Position numbers and translations under genes: made by a program. 64,000 bases of DNA from Candidatus Eiseniibacteriota bacterium (lineage in GTDB: Bacteria; Eisenbacteria; RBG-16-71-46; DASYSL01), in NCBI GenBank assembly GCA_031431875.1, contig JANPEF010000091.1:1-64000 (forward strand). The letters are read 5' to 3'. Numbering within the stretch: the first letter of the stretch is position 1; each line of letters begins with the position of its first letter. The notes beneath the pieces were generated by a model. It worked only from the letters and a program-made list of their open reading frames with translations, searched no databases and had not been told where the DNA came from. Positions 1 to 11,792 of this stretch are shown here, piece after piece.

Positions 1-491
1 CCGCCGATGCGCGCGCCGTCCATCACGACGTCGACCGCGGGCGTCGCGGTCAGGACGTACGCTCCCGTTTCCTCGACCTTCGCGCCGAGCCAGCGCACGG
101 CATCGCCGAGCGAGATGACGAAGTTGCCGTGATTCATCAGCGGCGGCGGCGCGATCGGGAAGCGCAGCTTGCCCGTCTTGGTGAGGAAGTAGACGTCCTC
201 GCCCGTGACTTCGCTCTCGAGCGGGAAGCCCTGCGCCCGCCAGTCGGGCATCAGCTCGTTCAGCGCGATCGGGTCGAGCACCGCGCCCGAGAGACCGTGG
301 TCGCCGATCTCGGCGCTCTTCTCGACGACGGCGAGCTGGATTTCGCCGAGCGCCGGCCCGGGGTGCGTGCCCGCGGCGATGGCTTCGTCGTGGCGCGCGA
401 TCAGGTTCGACAGGTGGAGCGCGCCCGCCAGGTTCGCGGGGCCGGCGCCGACGAAGAGGACGTCGACTTCGAGGACCTCGCGCTCGCTCAT
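1..491 (-). CDS. Electron transfer flavoprotein-ubiquinone oxidoreductase family protein (5' part; runs off window edge)
   Basis: Manual translation [27 protein letters not shown]...[23 protein letters not shown]-binding GAGPA and ETF-QO EK...LSGA motif; ATG overlaps the trxB stop (ATGA). Not in the ORF track. Confidence 0.85.
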   Translation of the reverse strand, partial: MSEREVLEVDVLFVGAGPANLAGALHLSNLIARHDEAIAAGTHPGPALGEIQLAVVEKSAEIGDHGLSGAVLDPIALNELMPDWRAQGFPLESEVTGEDVYFLTKTGKLRFPIAPPPLMNHGNFVISLGDAVRWLGAKVEETGAYVLTATPAVDVVMDGARIG

Positions 492-1468
492 CGCGGCGCC
501 GCCTGCGTGGTCGCCTGCGACGCCTGCGCGTGGTGCCGAGCCTCGAGCCAGCGCTCGGCGTCGATCGCCGCCATGCAGCCCGAGCCGGCGGCGGTCACGG
601 CCTGGCGGTAGGTCTTGTCCTGTACGTCGCCGGCAGCGAAGACGCCCGCGAGGTTCGTCTTCGTGCCGTCGTGCGTCTTGATGTAGCCCGTCTCGTCCAT
701 GTCGAGCACGCCCTGGAACGGCTGCGAGTTCGGCTGGTGCCCGATGGCGACGAACAGCCCCGTGACGTCGATCGTGTGCCGCTCGCCGGTGCGCGTGTCC
801 TCGACCACGATGCCGGTGACCTTCTTGCCCAGGCTCTGCCCCTCGCCCTTCACCTCGACCACGGCGGCGTTCGTGATCCAGCGAATCTTGGGATTCGCCT
901 GCGCCCGTGCGAGCATGATCTTCGAGGCGCGGAACTCGTCGCGCCGGTGGATCACGGTGACCGAGCGGGCGAAGCGCGTGAGGTAGGTCGCCTCTTCCAT
1001 CGCGGTGTCGCCACCGCCGACCACCGCGATGTCCTGCTCCTTGAAGAAGAACCCGTCGCAGGTCGCGCAGGCCGACACGCCGAAGCCCATGAACACCTGC
1101 TCCGACGGCAGCCCGATCAGCTTGGCCGACGCGCCGGTCGCGACGATGAGCGCCTCGGCTTCCTCGGTGTGCTCCTCGTCGATCGTGACCTTGAACGGAT
1201 GCGAGTTCAGGTCCACGGCGGTCACCGTACCCTCGATGAACCCGGTGCCGAAGCGGCGCGCCTGTGCCTCCATCTCCTCCATCAACGCCGGGCCCATGAT
1301 CCCGTCCTTGAAGCCGGGATAGTTCTCGACCTCGGTCGTGATCGTGAGTTGCCCACCGCGCTGCACGCCGTGGACGATGGTCGGCTTGAGCCCGGCACGC
1401 GCGGTGTAGATCGCGGCGGTCAGGCCGGCGGCGCCGGAGCCGAGGATGAGGACCTGGTGAAGTGCCAT
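488..1468 (-). CDS. trxB: Thioredoxin-disulfide reductase
   Basis: GSGAAG FAD motif, CATCDG active site, GGGDTA NADPH motif, [12 protein letters not shown]. Confidence 0.97.
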   Translation of the reverse strand: MALHQVLILGSGAAGLTAAIYTARAGLKPTIVHGVQRGGQLTITTEVENYPGFKDGIMGPALMEEMEAQARRFGTGFIEGTVTAVDLNSHPFKVTIDEEHTEEAEALIVATGASAKLIGLPSEQVFMGFGVSACATCDGFFFKEQDIAVVGGGDTAMEEATYLTRFARSVTVIHRRDEFRASKIMLARAQANPKIRWITNAAVVEVKGEGQSLGKKVTGIVVEDTRTGERHTIDVTGLFVAIGHQPNSQPFQGVLDMDETGYIKTHDGTKTNLAGVFAAGDVQDKTYRQAVTAAGSGCMAAIDAERWLEARHHAQASQATTQAAPR

Positions 1469-1593
1469 GCGGGGGTGACTCCCGGGTCGGGGGAACGGTG
1501 TATTCCTATGGATGCGCGTACGGTTCGTACGGTTCGTACGCGCCCCTCCGGGAGACCCTGTAGCCCCCGGCTTGACGTTTCCGGATCAGTCGA

Positions 1594-2745
1594 TCAGCTG
1601 CTGGAAGGCGCCCCGGCCGCCCGGCCGCTCTTCTTGTACTCCGCGATCAGCGCCGCCATGAACGCCTCGCGCCGGTCATAGAGCCGCTTGAGCGGCCGCG
1701 GCGCGTGCGACTCCATCGCGTAGGCGGTGAGGATCGGCAGCGCCACCGTCGCGTCGAGGTAGCAGGCCAGCGCGTCGGGCAGCTTGTCCGGGTCCACCTT
1801 GCCCCACGAGACGGCCTCGCTGGCCGTCGCCCCCGACAGCCCGCCGGTGTCCGGCCGGGCGTCGGTGAACTGCATGAAGTAGTCGTGGCCCTTCTCTTCG
1901 ATGCCGAGGACTTCCTGGATCTGCGGCTCGGTCTGCAGGGCGAAGTTCTTGGGCGATCCGCCGCCCAGGATGAAGATCGCGCTCTTGCCGCCCATGCGCT
2001 TGGCATCGAGCACCAGGGCGGCGGTCTCGTTCACGTCGCGCGACACGTCGAACGCAAGCAGGTTCCCCTCGAGCGCCTTGGCCGCCACGTTCATGCCGAT
2101 CGAGCTGTCCCCCGGCGACGAGGTGTAGATCGGCACGCCGCACTCCCACGCCGCGGCGACGAGCGATTTGCGACCCTGACCCAGAACATCCTCACGCATG
2201 GCGACATAGCGCCCGACGCGGAAGTGGAACTCGGCGGTCGACATCGTCGCCTGGAACTCGGGGGCGACGATGACCTCGCGGAAGAACGCGTCGGTCGAGA
2301 GCAGCACCTCGTAGTCGAAGAAGATGTCGTAGATGCGCACCACACCATGATCCCTGAGGACCACGTCCGAGGTCTGCGGATTGCCGCGGTGCATCGACAG
2401 GCCGATGCCGTAGTGCGTGTCGTGGTAGAGGTTTGCGCCCGTCGAGATGATCCAGTCGACGAAGCCGGCCTGCACCAGCGGGATGAGCGCGCTCATGCCC
2501 AGGCCCGCGGGCGTGAGCGCCCCCGTGATGGTCAGGCCGACAGTGACGTCGGGCTCGAGCATCTTCTTCGTGAACAGGTGGCACGCCTCGCGCAAGCGCG
2601 CCGCGTTATAGGCCTGAAACGTGCCGTCGACCAGCGCCTTGACCGACATGGCGCCGGTGATCGGCGTCGGATCGATGCGATCGCCGCGCAGGTAGCTGTG
2701 GTTCTGCTGTCCGCCCTGGATGCCCGAAGGCTTGTGAGGATGCAT
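1594..2745 (-). CDS. Deoxyhypusine synthase-like protein (probably homospermidine biosynthesis)
   Basis: [40 protein letters not shown] with catalytic Lys retained. Confidence 0.9.
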   Translation of the reverse strand: MHPHKPSGIQGGQQNHSYLRGDRIDPTPITGAMSVKALVDGTFQAYNAARLREACHLFTKKMLEPDVTVGLTITGALTPAGLGMSALIPLVQAGFVDWIISTGANLYHDTHYGIGLSMHRGNPQTSDVVLRDHGVVRIYDIFFDYEVLLSTDAFFREVIVAPEFQATMSTAEFHFRVGRYVAMREDVLGQGRKSLVAAAWECGVPIYTSSPGDSSIGMNVAAKALEGNLLAFDVSRDVNETAALVLDAKRMGGKSAIFILGGGSPKNFALQTEPQIQEVLGIEEKGHDYFMQFTDARPDTGGLSGATASEAVSWGKVDPDKLPDALACYLDATVALPILTAYAMESHAPRPLKRLYDRREAFMAALIAEYKKSGRAAGAPSSS

Positions 2746-2754
2746 GCGCGGAGA

Positions 2755-3201
2755 CTACGGGTCGATCGCGGGATCATCAAGGCCGGGCTGGTCGCCGGCC
2801 TCGTCGTCGGCTTCTTCGCCCTCGGCTTCGTCGCCTTCTTCGGGCGCACTCACGGCGGCAGTCGCAAGGAAGTCGTCGAGCACGAGCGCGGCCTCGGCCG
2901 CCTCCTCGGCGGGGACGAGCAGCATCCCCCAGTCGCGCGTCGTCCAGTCGCGCAGCACCTCACCGTAGGCCGGGATCGAGTGCGAGCGGATGAACGGGTG
3001 CAGGCCCTGGCTCTCGAGCGCGCCCTTCCACAGGGCGGCGGCGGTGCTGTTGGGCACCGGGCGGATGGGGACCAGCTCGACCCACTCGCGCTGTCCCTCC
3101 GCGGGTGGGATCTCGGCCGGGTCGACCAGGGGGACCCGGCAGGAACGGCAGAGGACGACGGCGGGCTCGTAGGCGGTCCGGCACTCGGGGCAAAGGCGCA
3201 T
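2755..3201 (-). CDS. Zinc-ribbon / DUF2007-like putative signal-transducing protein
   Basis: N-terminal CPEC..CRSC, 'WKGALESQGL' DUF2007-like core, acidic tail. Confidence 0.6.
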   Translation of the reverse strand: MRLCPECRTAYEPAVVLCRSCRVPLVDPAEIPPAEGQREWVELVPIRPVPNSTAAALWKGALESQGLHPFIRSHSIPAYGEVLRDWTTRDWGMLLVPAEEAAEAALVLDDFLATAAVSAPEEGDEAEGEEADDEAGDQPGLDDPAIDP

Positions 3202-3294
3202 GACCGGAGTCTAGGCGGGGCGGCCCGGGGCGTCCACCCCCGGGCACGGGTCTTGCAACCTGCACCGGTCATGGACGACCTGAGGAGGGATCCT

Positions 3295-4659
3295 ATGTCG
3301 CGCTATGACCTCCGGGACATCTCGGAGAAGCTGTCCGGCTCGAAGGACTCGACGGCGGTAATTACGTCGTTTATCAGCTACTTGCAGTCGATCCGCCGCG
3401 ACTGGAAGGCGTCGATCGCCTTCTATGAGTGCAGCACCGACCGCCTGGTTTCGATCTACTCCGTGGAGGGAACGAAGCTGGAATCGGCCGAGCTCGACCT
3501 GTCGATCGAGAGCCTTCCCCCCAAGCTGGTCCGTAAGTTCTTTCACCACAGCGCCTACTTCGCGGATTTCAACAAGCGGACGGTGCTGTCGCTGATCTTC
3601 CAGAACTCGCCCTTCTACCGGGCGGACCGCAGCGAGAGCGGGGCCCTGGCCCCCATCACGGCGCTGAATGCTTGGGAATCCTGCCTTTGCCTGCCCCTGG
3701 CGGATTCCGAGGACATCATCGCCCTGCTGACCATCTGCTCCGCCAAGAAAAATGCCTTCCCGTCCAAGACGGTGGGTGAACTTCTGCCGGTCAAGTCGGT
3801 CGCCGCCCTCGCCCTGGCCCAGCACCTGTACCGGTCCGAGAAGGGCCGGCTCGAGGAGCAGGTCAAGACCGTCGAGTCGAAGATGGCCAACCAGTTCCAG
3901 GAGAAGGTCTCCAAGCTTTCCGACGAGCGGATGGCCCTGCAGAGCGCCAACGAGGACCAGGCCCGCATGATCGCGGAGCTGGTCGAGAACCTGGGCACCA
4001 TGGACCAGGGCGGCGACCAGTACAGGAGCGAGCTCGACCGGGTGAAGAACGCCCTGTTCGCCCTCGAGGAGCAGTCGTCGGTGGCGACCGAGTATCTGTC
4101 CGACGCCTACGCCGAGCTGGCGCAGACCACGTCGCAGCTGGGCGAGGTCCAGAACACGATGTCGTTCGTGCGCGGCGTCTGCGAGGTCATGGCGCAGGAG
4201 CATAACGAGGCCGAGCTGCCCGCGCTCCTGATCTCGTGGTACGCGGACTACTTCGGCGTCGAGCGCTACTCGTACATGGTGCCGGACCAGCGCGGCGAGA
4301 CGCTCGCCATCTGCATGTCGCGCGGCATCGCCAACAACATCGCCGAGAAGGTGCGCGTGCGTATCGGCCAGGGCATCGCGGGCTGGGTGGCGCACAACCG
4401 GAAGCCGCTGCTGGTCCGCTCGGCCGGCGAGTCGGGCGTGCCACACACGCACCAGGACAACTACAACTCGGACTCGTTTCTGGCCGTCCCGGTGGTCCAC
4501 AACGACGTCATGTTCGGCGTCCTGAACCTGTCGAACAAGAAGGACGGCTCGCTATTCGGCCCCGCCGACCTCGACCGCGCGATGCTGCTCACCCAGTGGA
4601 TCGCGATGTCCGAGGAACGGATGCAGATCGGCAAGAAGGCGCAGGCCTGGGCGAGCTGA
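3295..4659 (+). CDS. GAF domain-containing protein with central coiled coil
   Basis: RBS GAGGAGG before ATG 3295; C-terminal GAF (GQGIAGWVA...SFLAVPV...GVLNLSNK); coiled-coil middle; 3' part of ORF 1705..4659. Confidence 0.8.
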   Translation: MSRYDLRDISEKLSGSKDSTAVITSFISYLQSIRRDWKASIAFYECSTDRLVSIYSVEGTKLESAELDLSIESLPPKLVRKFFHHSAYFADFNKRTVLSLIFQNSPFYRADRSESGALAPITALNAWESCLCLPLADSEDIIALLTICSAKKNAFPSKTVGELLPVKSVAALALAQHLYRSEKGRLEEQVKTVESKMANQFQEKVSKLSDERMALQSANEDQARMIAELVENLGTMDQGGDQYRSELDRVKNALFALEEQSSVATEYLSDAYAELAQTTSQLGEVQNTMSFVRGVCEVMAQEHNEAELPALLISWYADYFGVERYSYMVPDQRGETLAICMSRGIANNIAEKVRVRIGQGIAGWVAHNRKPLLVRSAGESGVPHTHQDNYNSDSFLAVPVVHNDVMFGVLNLSNKKDGSLFGPADLDRAMLLTQWIAMSEERMQIGKKAQAWAS

Positions 4660-4669
4660 TCGCCCGGGC

Positions 4670-5030
4670 CGACCTCACCAGCCAGACGAACCGCTTCGTG
4701 GGTCGGGTCGATGTAGCGCCGTTCGCCACCGCGAAATAGACCCCGGAGCGGAGCGGATTCGGAGCATCGCGAAGTTCGAACTCGCTCCTCCCTCCCTGGC
4801 GGGTCTCCTGCGAGACACTCGCCTCGAGGCGCGCCGCAGGGCGGCCTCGGATGTCATAAATATCGATCTGCGAAACTGGCGCCCCACCCTCACCGCGAGT
4901 CCATGCCAACACGAGTCGACCCCGCTCATCGGGTCCTTCGATCGAGGTCCCTCCCGATTCGATCCTCGCGGCCCGCACCGGATCCGGGGACCCGCCTGCC
5001 GCCGCCACCACATACGCCTCGTGGGGATCG
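4670..5030 (-). pseudogene. Orphan T9SS/FlgD-like C-terminal sorting-domain remnant
   Basis: Frame of ORF 4589..5308 encodes IDIYDIRGRPAARL...LRSGVYFAVANG...TKRFVWLVR, similar to the CTDs at 57.7, 59.4 and 62 kb; no start or signal peptide; boundaries approximate. Confidence 0.55.
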
Positions 5031-5031
5031 C

Positions 5032-6258
5032 TCACGTCTCTGAGTCGCCGATCAGCGGGACGAAGTTCACCCCGACGGATCCCTCGCCCGCTCCTCGCTC
5101 CCTCCCGCTTCCGCCCCATGCCATGCGCTTCCGGCGAATGAACTCGCTCCCGAACGTCCGCTCGGCCTCGAACTGATTGTGCGCGCGGCAGCGCAGGCGA
5201 AGGTTGTCGGCCGTCGACTCTCCGCCGAGCGCGAACGGGAGGACATGATCGAACTCGAGCCGTCGACGTGAGCCGCAGCGTCGGCCCCTTGAGCCTTCGA
5301 AGGTGCACCGACCGCCCTCGCGGGCCCAGACGACGCGTCGAACGTGCGCGGGAATGCCCCGGCCTCGCGGTGCGGGTGCGGGTGCGGCCGCGGGTGCGGG
5401 TGCGGCCGCGGCCGCGGCCGCGGGTGCGGGTGCGACGGCGGCCTCCGCGGAGCGCGGCTTCACCTGGGCTGCGCCCCGGCGCTTCTCGAGCCGATCGAGA
5501 AGCGCGTCGAGTGCCCGATCGAGCACCTGGCCGAGCTCACCCGCGGGCACGGCATGCCCGAGCAGCACCTGCGCGCGCCGAAGCTTGGCGTGCGTCGCCT
5601 CGCTGATCGGCACCTGGATGAGAAAGCGCGCAGGAGCCGAGGATGAGGGGCGGTTGACCTGCGCTGGCGCAGGTTCGATGACCGCGCAAGCGTCGCTGAC
5701 GGGGCCCGGCGCAGGTTCCCCGGCCGGCGAGACGATCCCCTCCGGCGCGAGCGCAAGTTCAGCCCGCGGGGCGGGCGACTTCGGCGCGCCCGTCGGTACG
5801 ATCACCGCCACGCGCGCCCGAAGCCTCGACGCCGGGACGATCGTCCCATCCGCCGGCGCGAACCGCCCCGCGAGCCACGCCTCGAGGTCGACCTTGCGGC
5901 GCCCGGCAGCGGCGGCAACTAGTTCATCCACGTTGCCCGGTGTGAGGCGCGGCGCCAGCAGGCACACAGCCGTCAGGTGCAACCGCCCGGCGGCGACGTC
6001 CTCGAACAGGCGCGGGAAGCGGCGCGCGGCTCTGGCGGCCTGGGTGCGCTTGTACGTGGCGTCCTCGGAGAGTCGGAGCTCACCCAGGCAGTAGGCGAAC
6101 ATCGAGGAATACGCTGCGCCGAGGTAGAGCCGGCGAGTGTCGACTTCGGCGATGTGGGCGAGCAGCTGAGCCGTGTTGGCTCGGTCGCGCGCGGCAAGGG
6201 TTGAGAGATCGTTCAGGAGCGTCGCGTCGTCGAGGTGCGTGAGTCGGTACGTGGACAT
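5032..6258 (-). CDS. HNH endonuclease with DUF222-like helical N-terminus
   Basis: C-terminal RGIPAHVRRVVWAREGGRCTF..RC...LEFDHVLPFALGGESTADNLRLRCRAHN; N-terminal LAHIAEVDTRRLY..YSSMFAYC. Confidence 0.85.
   Translation of the reverse strand: MSTYRLTHLDDATLLNDLSTLAARDRANTAQLLAHIAEVDTRRLYLGAAYSSMFAYCLGELRLSEDATYKRTQAARAARRFPRLFEDVAAGRLHLTAVCLLAPRLTPGNVDELVAAAAGRRKVDLEAWLAGRFAPADGTIVPASRLRARVAVIVPTGAPKSPAPRAELALAPEGIVSPAGEPAPGPVSDACAVIEPAPAQVNRPSSSAPARFLIQVPISEATHAKLRRAQVLLGHAVPAGELGQVLDRALDALLDRLEKRRGAAQVKPRSAEAAVAPAPAAAAAAAPAPAAAPAPAPRGRGIPAHVRRVVWAREGGRCTFEGSRGRRCGSRRRLEFDHVLPFALGGESTADNLRLRCRAHNQFEAERTFGSEFIRRKRMAWGGSGRERGAGEGSVGVNFVPLIGDSET
5369..5434. repeat. Hexamer tandem repeat (GGTGCG/GCCGCG) encoding an Ala/Pro linker in the HNH gene
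   Basis: Run gcgggtgcgggtgcggccgcgg... read directly. Confidence 0.8.
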
Positions 6259-6636
6259 CGTCTGGCTCGCTTCGGGGGCGAGGTCCCAGGTTCGGTGCAG
6301 TGCTCTATGCTCCATGCCCATTCTAACGTGGCGGAAAGTCGCGGCCGGGAGGTGCCCGGGGAGCACGTGTGCCGCGCACGGGGGCGCGCGAAGTCGCGGG
6401 GCTGGAGACGGCGCGTTCCTGCGCGATCCTCGAGGCCCTGGCGGGACAAGCGACGAGAAGCCAGCGCTCAGAAGTTTCGCGCGTCGCGAAATCCGTCAAT
6501 CAGAAAGTGCGAGTCGATGCAGAATGTTCGGAGTACGACTCGTCCCGCGCAGCTTGGCCGTGGTCGCTTCACGCGAACTGGGTGCAGCCGAGACTCACCG
6601 CGACTTGCGCCGGCGCAAGTTGGTGCGCAACTCCCC

Positions 6637-7077
6637 CTACTTCTCCATCCACTCCTGGTTCTTCTGCAGCGGCCGATCGAGCGCGCCCATCTCGACCGAC
6701 GCCCAGGCCCGGTTCGACGCGTCGTTGATTCCCTGCATGTGGAGCGCCAGCTCGTTCGGGTGAGTCGCATAGCGTACCGCATCCTCGGGCGCGATCACTT
6801 TGTTCCTCGCCAGGTTGAGCAGGGCCTGGTCGAAGCTCTGCATCCCATACTGCGTGACGCCTTCCTGGATCGCCCGGCGCTCGGGGGAGAAGATCTGCTC
6901 GACCAGCCGCTCCGTGTCCGCGGGGGCGACGCTCTTCTCCGCGATGGAATCGAGCACGCCATCGATGCGCATTGTCGGCGGATCGCCGACCTTGAGATAC
7001 AGGTCCGATGCGCCGGCCGTGACCATCGGCTGGACGACGGGAAGGCACTCGCGGGGGCTCGTCGCCTTCGGGCTCAT
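6637..7077 (-). pseudogene. PilT/PilU-family remnant with internal in-frame deletion of the ATPase core
   Basis: N-terminal GASDLYLKVGDPPTMRIDG joined at ~6875 to C-terminal AIQEGVTQYGMQSFDQALLNL; no Walker A/B. Confidence 0.8.
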
Positions 7078-7163
7078 CGCCACCTGGCTCGCGCACGGAA
7101 ACTCACGAGATTCACGGTGGTGTGAAGTCGATCTTCGCGCGGGTCTGCCACACGCGTCCTGGG

Positions 7164-7179
7164 CGCAAGGATCATGCCC
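7164..7179 (-). promoter_or_regulatory. Sigma54 -24/-12 promoter upstream of the pilT remnant
   Basis: Minus strand GGGCATGATCCTTGCG (GG-N10-GC); IHF-like CAACGACTTA at 7183-7192; palindrome CACCTGCCCCGGGGCAGGTG at ~7250-7269. Confidence 0.65.
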
Positions 7180-7335
7180 TTGTAAGTCGTTGTGGGACTG
7201 TGGACTCGATCGAGGCTGGAGTTGAAGAACGCGGGCTGCGATGCAAAACCACCTGCCCCGGGGCAGGTGAATCGGCGACTCGCTCCGGGGCAGGATGGGC
7301 AAATCCACATGCGCTGGGGCATGTCGATTCACACG

Positions 7336-7833
7336 TCACTTCGCCGCGATCTCCTCCGCCAGCAGCTTCGCCTTCACCGCAAGACCCTGCGCGCGCTCGT
7401 ATTCGTGGCGCGTGCGCGCCTCGCCGGCCTGCGCCAGGAAGTCCTTCGCGATCACGTACTTGCGATGGCGCTCGACGTCGAGCTTCGTGGCGTCGACCGC
7501 ATCGAGCGCCTTCTGCGCTTGCTCGACCGCCGCGCCCGTTTCCTTCTCGAGCTTCTCCTGCTCCGCCACGGTGACCTGCGGCACGACCGCCGGTGCCGAC
7601 GTCGACGATCCCGTGGTCGTGCCCGGAAATGTCGCGCCGTTGCGCGTCGTCTTCGGCGCGGTCGCCGCCGCGCTGCCGTTCGGCTTCTTCGGCGCGGTCG
7701 CTCGCGCGGTGTCGCCGGCCGCGCTCGTCGCCTTCGCCGCGTCTGCGGGCACGGCGGCGCCCGGCTTCGGCGCGCGCGAACAACCCGCTATGAACAGCAG
7801 GAGCGCAAGCGTGGCCACGACGCGCGTCACCAT
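7336..7833 (-). CDS. Putative lipoprotein (internal in-frame start within the kinase ORF)
   Basis: MVTRVVATLALLLFIAGC signal peptide with lipobox, Ala/Thr/Pro linker, helical C-terminal domain. Confidence 0.65.
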   Translation of the reverse strand: MVTRVVATLALLLFIAGCSRAPKPGAAVPADAAKATSAAGDTARATAPKKPNGSAAATAPKTTRNGATFPGTTTGSSTSAPAVVPQVTVAEQEKLEKETGAAVEQAQKALDAVDATKLDVERHRKYVIAKDFLAQAGEARTRHEYERAQGLAVKAKLLAEEIAAK

Positions 7834-9785
7834 CGGTGCACCGGCCGCGAGCGCCGGCTCGACCGGCTGCGTCAGCGGCACGTTGGTCGGCAGCGCGATC
7901 GTGATCGTCGTCCCGTGGCCGGGCGTCGATTCGATCTCGGCCTGGCCCGAGTGGAGCGCGAGCACGCGCTGGACGATCGATAGCCCGATGCCCGAGCCCT
8001 CCTCGCGTGTCGTGTAGAAGAGGTCGAACACGCGGTCGCGCTGCATCGGATCGATGCCCTTGCCCCGGTCCTGCACGCTCACGGTGAGGCCGCGCGCGGC
8101 GTGCTCGATCCTGATCTCGATCGGTCCCTGATGCGGCCCGGCCTGGATCGCGTTCTGCACCACGTTGAGGAACGCCTGGTAGAGCAGGCCGCGATCGCCC
8201 CAGATCGTGGGCAGGCCCGGCTCGGGCGTGAAGCGCACCTCGACGCCGGCCGCGATCGCCTCGGTCGCGAGCAGGCTCGTCACCTCGGAGAGGATGCCGT
8301 TCAGGTTCAGCGGCTCGCGCTCGGCGTGCGTCATGCGGGCGAAGCGCAGGAACCCGTTGACCACGTCGTCGAGGCGGCGGATCTGCTGACCGACCACCCC
8401 CAGGTTGCGGATCGGCCCGGTCATGTCGGCGTCGCCGGCCTGGCGGATGATCTTCTCGCGGGCCAGGTCGAGATGCAGGTTCATGGCGTGGAGCGGATTC
8501 TTGATCTCGTGCGCGACGCCCAGCGCGACCTGCCCCCAGGCGATCATGCGGTGCGACTCGTCGAGCAGCGACGTGAGCTTGCGCAGCCCGTCCGTGTTGC
8601 GCAGCGTGAGGATCGCCGCCTGCGGCTCGTGTCCACGTGGAATGGGATCGGCGAGCAGCAGGTAGCGATCGCCGCGTGCGTCCGAGTCGAGGCGCACCTC
8701 GCTCTTCTCGCGCGCATCGCGGCCACTCAGCGTCTCCCGCCACATCTCCGTCAGCGGATGCGACTCGCCCAGTGTCGCCGTCAGGTCGTTGCCCACCAGC
8801 GTATCCTCGTCGCGACCCAGGATTCGGCACACGATCGGGTTCGCCAGGGTGATCGTCCCCGCGGCGTCGGCCATGAGCACGCCGTCCTCGATTCCGTCGA
8901 CCAACTCGGCGAGCCGGCGGCTGCGCGACTCGAGCACGGTGCGGTCCTCGGCCAGCCGCTGCGACATCTGGTTGAACGAGTTGACGAGCTGGCCCAGGTC
9001 CTCGGCCTCGACCGCCTCGACCTGCTCGCCGAAGTCGCCCTCGCCCACACGCTCGATCCCCCGCAGCAGCTTGCGCAGCGGATCGACGATCAGGTTGGCG
9101 AGGAACACGGCGAGCGCGAGGGCGATCAAGAGCGCCGCGGCCGCCAACGGCAGCGCCGAGCGGAAGCGCTCGAACAGCGCCTCGCGCACGAACGTGTTCG
9201 CCAGCTCGACGCGCACGGCGCCGACCGTCTTCGTTCCCCGCTGCATCGGCTCGATCACCGTGTAGTCGGTGCCGCCCTTCCACACCGTCTGCAGGCGTGC
9301 CACCGGATCGAGCTTCATGAACTCGTCCGCATCGGTATACGGACCCAGCTTCTCGCCCACGAACGCCGGCGTCGAGTGGGCGAGCACCTTGCCGTCGGGA
9401 TCGGTCACCGCGACCGAGAGGACGAACGGACCGAACGCGGTGTAGGAGCGCAACAGGTTGGTGAGCGCCCGGTCCTTCTGCAGCGTGTTCGCCAGCGAGC
9501 GCTGCGCCCGCGCGGCCGACACCGCCGTGTCGACCTGGCGGACGACCTGCTGCGAGATCAGGCGCCCGTTCTCGACCATCGAGCCGAGCTTCAGGTCGAC
9601 GACCGCGGTCAGGTAGAACACGGTGCCCGTGCCGAGGATCAGGAGCACGAACGCGGGCAACGCCAGCAGCAGCCGCGGCCGGATGCCCAGCCGGGCGATC
9701 GACTTGAGCGTGGCGTCGACGGGGGACGTCGCCGGGTGGGTGGCGGGAGACGTCGACTGATGGGCGCCGGGTGGGTGCTGCCGCG

Positions 9786-9789
<4 letters not shown>
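7336..9789 (-). CDS. HAMP-PAS sensor histidine kinase, read through in frame into a lipoprotein-like C-terminal segment
   Basis: Two TM helices, HAMP, PAS, H-box VAHEIKNPL, N-box NVVQNAIQA, G1/F/G2 boxes; GTG overlaps the upstream regulator stop. Confidence 0.9.
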
Positions 9790-11315
<1,526 letters not shown>

Positions 11316-11792
11316 GGGAGCGGTCCTTCCTTGCGGGGAGCATGGCGCGCGTGGGGGTCAGCGGGGAAGCGCGTAAGACTTTCCCAGACGGACGGGCATC
11401 CGTCCAGCCCGGATTGGCTCCATCCAAAAAACTCGGGTAAAAGCGACACATACCCGTTTGTTCCCGGAATGAATTACCCGCGCAGCGCAACCTGGTTCCT
11501 CCCGTCCGCAGCCGGCGCCCGCCGTCGGATGGTTCGTCGGATGGTTCAGGGAGAACTTTTCACGGCCTTGATTGCGCCCCGGGACCGCAGTCCCGAATCC
11601 GTTGCGCGGGGGCAACTTGGGAGGAATGCAGCAGGCCGCGAAGGCAACCCCGCAGGAGTCTGCCCGGGGGGGCCTGCGGGACTTTTCGCCGGCGTTCGGC
11701 ACGGCTCGTGGTAGAGGCCGCAGGGAGAGACCGGGCGGTCACTCCGGAGAGTCGTGTTGGGCGACTCTCCCACCATCGAGGAGACACCACGC

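Noticed and set aside
1516..1542. Short tandem repeat CGTACGGTT upstream of trxB
   Set aside because: Only ~2.5 copies of a 9-mer with no spacers; not a CRISPR array and not a recognisable operator.
11697..11712. Sigma54 promoter for ompA (CGGCACGGCTCGTGGT)
   Set aside because: Good -24 element but the -12 reads GG rather than GC; not supportable.
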